Shown here: positions 7,133 to 13,592 of the stretch, piece after piece
How the letters are laid out: each line of letters opens with the position of its first letter
Numbering within the stretch: the first letter of the stretch is position 1
Assembly: GCA_044345055.1 (NCBI GenBank)
Contig: JBIJBT010000074.1
Coordinates: 1-13,592 of the forward strand
Direction: 5' to 3'
Origin: Bdellovibrionota bacterium
GTDB lineage: Bacteria > Bdellovibrionota_C > UBA2361 > OMIW01
Length of the DNA stretch: 13,592 nt
Position numbers and translations under genes: made by a program
The notes under the pieces: model-generated
What the model was told of the DNA's origin: nothing
What the model saw: only the letters and a program-made list of their open reading frames with translations
The model's database searches: none

Positions 7133-7428
7133 GAACGACCCTCCCCAAACCGAGGCCCGAAAGCAGCCAGATAGGCTTTAACAGCTGCCCGGCGATGCCC
7201 AAACCCCTGAGAGCGACCACTAGCAACGGAAACCGCGCTTATAACTGCCTCGTGTAAGCGAAGAACCAAAGCAGCTTCAGAATGTGAAAGAACTGGACCA
7301 GATTCAACAAAAGACTCAACAGCCCTTGAATAATCTTCGGCGCAATCTAAAATCTGATCCTCTGAAAGACCCTCCCTCAAAACATTCTCGGCAGAACCGA
7401 CTAGTTGGAGCAGAAGATCTTCCGTCAC
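7129..7428 (-). CDS. Hypothetical small helical protein (99 aa)
   Basis: GTG immediately follows the rplQ TAG, with GGGGAG RBS inside the rplQ end. Its stop overlaps the lptE start, so it fills the gap exactly. Confidence 0.7.
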   Translation of the reverse strand: MTEDLLLQLVGSAENVLREGLSEDQILDCAEDYSRAVESFVESGPVLSHSEAALVLRLHEAVISAVSVASGRSQGFGHRRAAVKAYLAAFGPRFGEGRS

Positions 7429-7785
7429 CTACTCCCCTACCAGCTCAATCATCGCCATATCAGCACTATCACCGTGACGAACACCCCCTTTTACGATACG
7501 GGTATATCCGCCAGGACGAGTCCGATATCGAGGGCCGATTTCAGTAAATAACTTGTGAACAACAGCCTTATCGAGAATATAACCATAAGCCTGTCGCCGA
7601 GCATGCAACGACTCGACCCGACCTAGGGAAATGAACTTCTCAACAATCGGCCTGAGATCTTTTGCCTTTTCAACGGTAGTCTCAATCCGCTCTTCCCGCA
7701 ACAAGGAAGTGACCATATTACGGAATAGGGCCCGTCTGTGTGAACTTGAACGAGAAAACTTCCTGAAGGCCTTACTATGTCTCAC
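7429..7785 (-). CDS. rplQ: 50S ribosomal protein L17
   Basis: MRH...[28 protein letters not shown] and [21 protein letters not shown] start. Confidence 0.99.
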   Translation of the reverse strand: MRHSKAFRKFSRSSSHRRALFRNMVTSLLREERIETTVEKAKDLRPIVEKFISLGRVESLHARRQAYGYILDKAVVHKLFTEIGPRYRTRPGGYTRIVKGGVRHGDSADMAMIELVGE

Positions 7786-7855
7786 TTTAAATACCTCACC
7801 TTATACAGATACCACCGTATAGCCCGCGCTCAAGACACAGACCCACAGTCAGCTA

Positions 7856-8872
7856 CTAATGATCCCCTGCTTCCCGAATACCCTCTAGCTCCTTACGCCC
7901 AGGAAAATTATCGAGCTTCATGCCCAACCCAAGACCCATTTCAGTCAACATGTCTTTAATCTCGTTGAGCGACTTTCTACCAAAGTTCTTCGTACGAAGC
8001 ATCTCCGGCTCAGACCTCTGCACAAGCTCGCCGATAAACTTGATATCAGCATTCTCAAGGCAATTAGCAGAACGAACGGAAAGGTCAATCTCCTCAATAC
8101 GCCTGAAAAGATTCTCGTTAAGCTTAAGCTTCGGCTCTACAGCACGCAGCTCTTCCTCGGCAACAACCAAATCCTCGCCGACGAAGACTGAAAGCTGCTC
8201 GGTCAAAATATGTGCTGCCTGCGCAAGTGCTGACCTCGGATCTATCGACCCGTCAGTCCACACTTCTAGGACGAGCTTATCATAATCAGTGCGTTGACCA
8301 ACCCGGGCGTTCGAAACGTTGAAGTTCACGCGACGAACAGGGGAGAAAATCGAATCAATAAAAATCGTTCCGATCGCCGCGCCTTCCTCTTTATTGCGGT
8401 CCGACGGAACGTAACCCCGCCCGACCTTCACGTCTAACGCCAGCGACATCGATGCTCCGTCGCCAAGAGTCGCAATATGAGCGTCTTTATTAACGACAAC
8501 AACGCCCGGATCCCCGGTTATCATTCCCGCTGTCACAGTGCATGGGCCCTGAACGTCAATCCGTACAGTAGCTGCATCTTTATCATCCATTCGAAGGACG
8601 ACTTCCTTCAAATTTAACACGATCTCCGTAACGTCTTCGACGACGCCAGGAACGGTTGAAAACTCATGCATAATTCCGTCGAAACGGATCGCTGTAACGG
8701 CCGCCCCTTGCAACGAAGAAAGTAATACCCTGCGAAGGCTATTACCCAAGGTAAGACCGAACCCTCTCTCTAATGGCTCTGCTACAAACTTACCATAGAA
8801 AAGAGCTTTTTCATCACCCTCAACTTCGACCTTCTTGGGGGATATCAAATCCCGCAAGCTAATCTTCCTCAT
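7856..8872 (-). CDS. rpoA: RNA polymerase subunit alpha
   Basis: EPLERGFGLTLGNSLRRVLLSSL, RVGQRTDYDKL, LSVRSANCL and NFGRKSLNEIK. Start placed at the ATG at 8872 because GGAG lies at 8882-8879 (track start is the TTG at 8884). Confidence 0.99.
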   Translation of the reverse strand: MRKISLRDLISPKKVEVEGDEKALFYGKFVAEPLERGFGLTLGNSLRRVLLSSLQGAAVTAIRFDGIMHEFSTVPGVVEDVTEIVLNLKEVVLRMDDKDAATVRIDVQGPCTVTAGMITGDPGVVVVNKDAHIATLGDGASMSLALDVKVGRGYVPSDRNKEEGAAIGTIFIDSIFSPVRRVNFNVSNARVGQRTDYDKLVLEVWTDGSIDPRSALAQAAHILTEQLSVFVGEDLVVAEEELRAVEPKLKLNENLFRRIEEIDLSVRSANCLENADIKFIGELVQRSEPEMLRTKNFGRKSLNEIKDMLTEMGLGLGMKLDNFPGRKELEGIREAGDH

Positions 8873-8948
8873 ATTGGTCTCCAATAAGTCAGGAACTGCA
8901 ATAAATGGCTAGCGTATTCTACTGCACAACATTCGTCGATGCAGCAGA

Positions 8949-9575
8949 TTATCGTGAATAGAGCTCAACAACCAGCTGCTCGTTTATTGAGGATGGAATT
9001 TGCTCTCTAGTAGGAAGCGAGATGACCGAGCCCTTCAGGGTCTCTCTATCAAGAACAAGCCAACCCGCCCCTGGACGAGCCGCCGTTGCTTCAATACTAC
9101 CCTTGACCACAACGCTATTGCGCTTGGCTCCTACAACTTCAACAACGTCACCGACCGATACCGAGTAAGACGGAATAGTTACCTTATGGCCATTCACCAA
9201 AATATGACCATGAGAAACCAACTGACGAGATTGCGCACGAGAAATACCGAACCCAAGCCGAAACACGCAGTTGTCAAGTCTACGCTCAAGGTTTACGAGC
9301 ATCTCCGTACCCGTCACACCCTTCTTCTGGGTAGCCTCATCATAGCATCTACGAAAAGCATGCTCTGTAAGACCATACATTCTCTTCGCTTTCTGCTTCG
9401 CCCTCAGCTGAACCTTGTAATCTGAAGTCGACTGCCGACCCTTCCCGTGTTGGCCAGGGCCACCCTGCCTTTTCTCCATGGCGCACTTGCTTGTGAAGCA
9501 CCGCTCACCCTTCAAAAAAAGCTTTTCGCCTTCTCGCCTACACAAACGACATACTGCACCGCAATAACGAGCCAT
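8949..9575 (-). CDS. rpsD: 30S ribosomal protein S4 (Cys-containing, zinc-binding type)
   Basis: MARY...CRLCRREGEKLFLKGERC...C, LERRLDN, RQLVSHGHI and VVELYSR. Confidence 0.99.
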   Translation of the reverse strand: MARYCGAVCRLCRREGEKLFLKGERCFTSKCAMEKRQGGPGQHGKGRQSTSDYKVQLRAKQKAKRMYGLTEHAFRRCYDEATQKKGVTGTEMLVNLERRLDNCVFRLGFGISRAQSRQLVSHGHILVNGHKVTIPSYSVSVGDVVEVVGAKRNSVVVKGSIEATAARPGAGWLVLDRETLKGSVISLPTREQIPSSINEQLVVELYSR

Positions 9576-9602
9576 AGTAATACCTCGGAAACATTTCTTA
9601 GA

Positions 9603-9995
9603 CTAAACTCGCCGACTTTTTCGTGGTCGACATCCGTTGTGAGGCACCGGAGTAACGTCACGAATGGAAGTAATATTCAAACCGGATGAATGGAGCGCCC
9701 TAAGTGCAGACTCCCTTCCAGACCCGGGTCCCTTAACAAAGACAGACACTGACCGCATCCCACACTCCCGAGCCTTTCGAGCAGCGTTCTCGCCTGCTAC
9801 CTGTGCGGCAAAAGGAGTAGATTTACGCGATCCTTTAAAACCCCCACAACCCGCGCTCGACCAGCTTACGACATTACCGCGGGGATCCGATATGGTCACT
9901 ATCGTGTTATTAAATGTTGCATAAACCTTTGCAACCCCAACCGGAACATTCTTCTTTACTTTCTTCTTTCTAGAAGTGTTTTTTGCCTCGACCAA
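9603..9995 (-). CDS. rpsK: 30S ribosomal protein S11
   Basis: [30 protein letters not shown] and [15 protein letters not shown] start with AGGAGG RBS. Confidence 0.99.
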   Translation of the reverse strand: MVEAKNTSRKKKVKKNVPVGVAKVYATFNNTIVTISDPRGNVVSWSSAGCGGFKGSRKSTPFAAQVAGENAARKARECGMRSVSVFVKGPGSGRESALRALHSSGLNITSIRDVTPVPHNGCRPRKSRRV

Positions 9996-10055
9996 TTGAC
10001 CTCCTACATGGCTAAATAACTGGAAATAATCGGAACCGCCCTAAGCGGCCTCAAA

Positions 10056-10439
10056 CTACTTCTTACCAGGCGCTTTCTTACCTGCGATCGCCGCCTTTCT
10101 AGGACCTTTCCGTGTCCGAGCATTTGTCCGCGTTCTCTGTCCACGAACTGGCAAATTACGCCGATGCCGCATACCGCGGTATGCACCTAGGTCCATCAAC
10201 CGTTTAATACTCATACCGACCTCTCGCCGAAGGTCCCCTTCCACCTTCTCGCGGGTCTCAATAATAGCGCGTATTCGCGCAAGCTCTTCTTCAGTGAGCC
10301 TGTCGGTTCTGGTATCTTCAGATACGTTCGATTCTCTGAGAATCTTCTTCGACTTGGTTAAACCAATACCATATATATAAGTTAGCCCACGAATAACTCT
10401 CTTGTTCTTCGGAAGGTCAACTCCTGCTATGCGCGGCAT
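10056..10439 (-). CDS. rpsM: 30S ribosomal protein S13
   Basis: [25 protein letters not shown] and [26 protein letters not shown]. Confidence 0.99.
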   Translation of the reverse strand: MPRIAGVDLPKNKRVIRGLTYIYGIGLTKSKKILRESNVSEDTRTDRLTEEELARIRAIIETREKVEGDLRREVGMSIKRLMDLGAYRGMRHRRNLPVRGQRTRTNARTRKGPRKAAIAGKKAPGKK

Positions 10440-10460
10440 ACAAATCTCCCTTAATCTTGA

Positions 10461-10577
10461 CTACCCTTGGCGCTGCTTATGTTTCGGGGTTCGGCTGCAA
10501 ATTACATATACAACCCCTCGACGACGGATGACTTTACAATAGCCGCATATCGGCTTAACGGACGCTCTCACTTTCAT
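10461..10577 (-). CDS. rpmJ: 50S ribosomal protein L36 (zinc-ribbon type), absent from the ORF track
   Basis: Hand translation gives [38 protein letters not shown], 38 aa, with CxxC...C...H ligands and a GGAG RBS. Confidence 0.99.
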   Translation of the reverse strand: MKVRASVKPICGYCKVIRRRGVVYVICSRTPKHKQRQG

Positions 10578-10663
10578 AACACTCTCCGATGGTGGCCTTA
10601 TTAGAGCCTTTCTTTCACGTGTCTGCTGAAATCTGATATTATTCCTGCCCAGCTTGGGCGAAG

Positions 10664-10692
10664 AGGGTAACGTATATTGGAATCAACTTCAA
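10664..10692 (-). promoter_or_regulatory. Candidate sigma70 promoter for the rpmJ-alpha operon
   Basis: TTGAAG (10692-10687), 17-nt spacer, TACCCT (10669-10664), followed by GC-rich CTTCGCCC, with an AT-rich upstream tract. Confidence 0.4.
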
Positions 10693-10746
10693 TACGGTGA
10701 AGCGTAGATTTGAAAAATTTCAACAGAAATCAACCAAAATTGAATC

Positions 10747-11370
10747 CTAACTCCCATTGTTAGATACTACGCCACACATGTCCAATATACGATGGAAGAC
10801 CGACTCCCTGTCACCACTAGCGTCGACCACTCGCAGGACCCCCAATTGTTCATAAAAATCCACGACAGGCCTTGTCTGATTCTCGTATACCTCCATACGA
10901 GCTGCGACGATTTCGGTCCGATCATCATTGCGGGTCTCAGAGCCAGCTTCGTTCTTTCTGCCCTCTATTCGACACAATGCAGCAGCATCATTTAGTCTAA
11001 GCTCAATAATGAACGTTGACCCAATTCCAAGACTCGTTAAAATTTGCTGGAATGACTCTGCCTGTGACACGGTCCGAGGAAACCCATCAAAGATTACACC
11101 GGGGACAAAACCCACAAGCTTCGTCAACCGGTCAGATATGAGGGACAAAATCAAGCCGTCTGGTACAAGGCTTCCCTTTTCAACATAACCCTTTGCCTCA
11201 AGACCCAGCTCAGAATTCTCGTGAATCGCCGCCCTCAATATCTCGCCGGTCGAAATATGAACGAATCCCAAGTCCCTCTTCAGCAATTCGCCCTGCGTAC
11301 CCTTTCCAGACCCTGGCCGGCCCAGCAAGACTATTATCTTGGTCTGTTTACCACCGATTTCGTTACCCAC
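10747..11370 (-). CDS. adk: Adenylate kinase, short-LID type
   Basis: P-loop GRPGSGKGTQ, HISTGEILR, GSLVPD, FDGFPRT and R-N-DD. GTG start 1 nt after the secY stop. Confidence 0.97.
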   Translation of the reverse strand: MGNEIGGKQTKIIVLLGRPGSGKGTQGELLKRDLGFVHISTGEILRAAIHENSELGLEAKGYVEKGSLVPDGLILSLISDRLTKLVGFVPGVIFDGFPRTVSQAESFQQILTSLGIGSTFIIELRLNDAAALCRIEGRKNEAGSETRNDDRTEIVAARMEVYENQTRPVVDFYEQLGVLRVVDASGDRESVFHRILDMCGVVSNNGS

Positions 11371-11371
11371 C

Positions 11372-12721
11372 TCAACCTCGCCTTAAAAGACGACGCTTAG
11401 ACTTTGCCTGCGCATCGAATCGAGCTCGGCCGCCACTCGACTGAGCCATCAGATCTTCGTAATTTCGCGCCACAACCATTGACTGAATCTGAGCAGCCGT
11501 ATCAAGAGTCACCCCTACAACGATAAGGACCGCCGTACCCCCAAATACATAAGCAAAGTCCCTAACCCCTAGCGAAATATATATTAGCTGGGGTCCGATG
11601 CAAATCGCTGCGCAATAAAGAGCTCCCCAAAGAGTTAGACGATTGAGTATTCCAAAAAGATAGTCTGCCGTCTCCCTTCCTGGCCTAACCGCGGGGATGA
11701 AACCACCATTCTTCTTAAGATTCTCAGCCACTTCATCGGGGTTGAAGACAACCGACGTGTAGAAGAAACTAAACACAATTATTAACGCCGCAAATAAGAC
11801 CTCGTAAATCCAAGCACCAGGAACAAGGAGTGAAACGAAGTCCCTAATCCCCTCTGACGCACTAAATCCGAGCAAATAGGTGGGAATAACAAGTATGGCT
11901 GATGCGAAAATGGGCGGGATAACACTCGCCATGTTCACTTTCAACGGAATAAATTGAGTAGTAGGTTGAGTGGTCCGGTTGTTGATCGTCCGCCTGGGGT
12001 ACTGCACTAAAACCTTGCGCTGTGATTTTTCGACATAAACGATACCGGCAACGGTTAACACCGAAAAAATTATCAGCGCAAGGACAGCAGTGGCCGGTAT
12101 CGCCCCATTTTGAGCCAAAGCGACAGTTGAAATAAGGACTAGAGGCATTCGGGCCACTATGCCGGCGAAAATGATAATGCTTGTCCCGTTTCCAATACCC
12201 CTCTCAGTAATCTGCTCCCCCAACCACATCATAAATGCTGTACCGGCGCACAACGTTACGGCGGTGTTCAAACGGAACAGAAGCCCAGGATAAATCGCAA
12301 ACCCTTGGTTCTCGAGACCCACCGAAATAAGATAACCCTGAAGCAAGGCCAGCATTATTGTGCCGACCCTAGTATACCGAGTTAGCACTCTACGACCAGC
12401 AGCCCCTTCCTTCCGTAGCGCCTCTAAAAAGGGGACAGCAGGCGAAAGAAGTTGAATGATAATGGAAACGGAAATGTAAGGGGAAATCCCAAGTGTAAAA
12501 ATCGAGAAGTTCTCCAAGGCACCCCCGGAGAACATATTGACCAGGCCGAAAAGCCCTCCACCGCTCGCTGCGAACTGGCCCCGCAATCTTGCAACGTCTA
12601 TTCCGGGAGAGGAAACGAAAACTCCAACCCTATACACAGCGAGCATCCCAAGAGTAAAAAGGACTCTCCTCCTTAGTTCAGGAATACGCGAGAAAACCGA
12701 TAAAAGCTGCATGAAGCCCAC
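11372..12721 (-). CDS. secY: Preprotein translocase subunit SecY
   Basis: NFSIFTLGISPYISVSII, WLGEQITERGIGNGTSIIIFAGIV, VIPPIFAS, ENLKKNGGFIPAVRPG and GGTAVLIVVGV. The start may be the ATG at 12712. Confidence 0.99.
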   Translation of the reverse strand: MGFMQLLSVFSRIPELRRRVLFTLGMLAVYRVGVFVSSPGIDVARLRGQFAASGGGLFGLVNMFSGGALENFSIFTLGISPYISVSIIIQLLSPAVPFLEALRKEGAAGRRVLTRYTRVGTIMLALLQGYLISVGLENQGFAIYPGLLFRLNTAVTLCAGTAFMMWLGEQITERGIGNGTSIIIFAGIVARMPLVLISTVALAQNGAIPATAVLALIIFSVLTVAGIVYVEKSQRKVLVQYPRRTINNRTTQPTTQFIPLKVNMASVIPPIFASAILVIPTYLLGFSASEGIRDFVSLLVPGAWIYEVLFAALIIVFSFFYTSVVFNPDEVAENLKKNGGFIPAVRPGRETADYLFGILNRLTLWGALYCAAICIGPQLIYISLGVRDFAYVFGGTAVLIVVGVTLDTAAQIQSMVVARNYEDLMAQSSGGRARFDAQAKSKRRLLRRG

Positions 12722-12807
12722 CCAAATAAATTGCCCCTAACGGCCCAAGACAAACAGCACCTTACCAGTATAAAACCGCCCCGTCCAACACGAAGTACCT
12801 AATGCGT

Positions 12808-13272
12808 TTAGACTATTTCTACGGTTCCGCCCGCTGCGATGACAGACTGAATCGCCGATTGGGAAGCTGAATTAACGCGTACAACAACCCTCTTTACAAC
12901 CTCGCCGTCGTTTAGAAGCTTGTACCCGGCCTTTTCACGGCTGCTTGGGATAATGCCAATAGCCTTAAGAGAGTCCGCATCGACAACAGCGCCATCCTCA
13001 AACAAATTAAGCGCCTCTACCGGGACTAAAGTGTGGAGGTTATCGCCCCTCAACCTGGTCACGGACCGAAAGCCGAACTTCCTCAGCCTTCTATATAGAG
13101 GCATCTGACCCCCTTCAAACCCTGGCCGTATTTTGCCTCCAGAGCGCGCAGTCTGACCTTTTCCGCCCTTACCGCAGGTCTTTCCTATTCCCGACGACTC
13201 ACCACGACCAACCCTTTTCCTAGCCTTACGAGCTCCAGGGCTGTTCTTCAAGTTTTCAAGCCTCAATTCCAT
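12808..13272 (-). CDS. rplO: 50S ribosomal protein L15
   Basis: KRVGRGESSGIGKTCGKGGKGQTARSG, GFEGGQMPLYRRL and AAGG. Start placed at the ATG at 13272 behind GGGGGAG (track start is 13305). Confidence 0.98.
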   Translation of the reverse strand: MELRLENLKNSPGARKARKRVGRGESSGIGKTCGKGGKGQTARSGGKIRPGFEGGQMPLYRRLRKFGFRSVTRLRGDNLHTLVPVEALNLFEDGAVVDADSLKAIGIIPSSREKAGYKLLNDGEVVKRVVVRVNSASQSAIQSVIAAGGTVEIV

Positions 13273-13315
13273 GACTCCCCCAATTGTGTTCTGATACCCG
13301 ACCAAGAAGCGGCCT

Positions 13316-13534
13316 TTACTGAGCTAAAGGCTCTACAACAACAAGCTGACTTACTCTTCGTATCATCCCTCTTGTAGAAGAGTTTAGCTTTACTTCCCTC
13401 GAGGTACCGATCCCGTGAAGACCAAGGGCAGCCACAGTACGAACAACCTCCTTTGTCCGACCGGAAACACCTCTTACTTGCCGAATTTTAACGACCTTCG
13501 GCGTTGTCTCTAAGCTATCTTTTAAATTGCTCAT
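13316..13534 (-). CDS. rpmD: 50S ribosomal protein L30
   Basis: KIRQVRG..GR, TVAALGL and RGMIRRVSQLV. Located between rpsE and rplO, with a GGAG RBS. Confidence 0.93.
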   Translation of the reverse strand: MSNLKDSLETTPKVVKIRQVRGVSGRTKEVVRTVAALGLHGIGTSREVKLNSSTRGMIRRVSQLVVVEPLAQ

Positions 13535-13552
13535 AATATTGCTCCGATTGAA

Positions 13553-13592
13553 TCAGAAGGGTGCATAACCCAATTCCTCGAGCGATTTGCCA
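13553..13592 (-). CDS. rpsE: 3' end of 30S ribosomal protein S5 (partial)
   Basis: Reads ...GKSLEELGYAPF*, matching the S5 C-terminal (R)GKSxEE motif. Canonical position upstream of rpmD. Confidence 0.85.
   Translation of the reverse strand, partial: GKSLEELGYAPF

Noticed and set aside
7284..9924. Plus-strand ORFs antisense to rplQ, rpoA, rpsD and rpsK (e.g. 7920-8285, 9000-9425)
   Set aside because: They overlap confident housekeeping genes on the opposite strand and have compositions typical of shadow frames.
10004..10186. 60-aa minus-strand ORF overlapping the rpsM 3' end
   Set aside because: Alternate frame of rpsM with no independent support.
13496..13534. N-terminal extension of about 12 aa on L30 (similarly the basic SecY tail)
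   Set aside because: Short terminal extensions are common and variable in these proteins, and no function can be inferred.
1..13592. CRISPR array, rRNA, intact tRNA, SRP RNA or known riboswitch
   Set aside because: No regularly spaced repeats or diagnostic conserved cores were seen by eye in any intergenic region.

Overview
Bacterial chromosomal window from a diderm organism (LptE, BamD, type II secretion; a deltaproteobacterial-type lineage is plausible but inferred). The right half (minus strand) is the end of the spc operon and the alpha operon: rpsE 3' end, rpmD, rplO, secY, adk, rpmJ (missed by the ORF track), rpsM, rpsK, rpsD, rpoA, rplQ. These are followed without gaps by a 99-aa hypothetical gene and an LptE-family lipoprotein. 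The left part (minus strand) is dxs, bamD, gspC and possibly the start of gspD. Between them, on the plus strand, lie a divergent NspC-like PLP decarboxylase and a Tat-signal lipoprotein of unknown function. Most of the window is housekeeping; I see no CRISPR array, transposase or integrase. The best leads are non-coding or small: a G9-containing leader ORF coupled to the decarboxylase start, a decayed tRNA-Leu-like sequence between bamD and gspC, and a ~160-nt rod-like RNA candidate downstream of lptE. All were found by eye and need computational checks.
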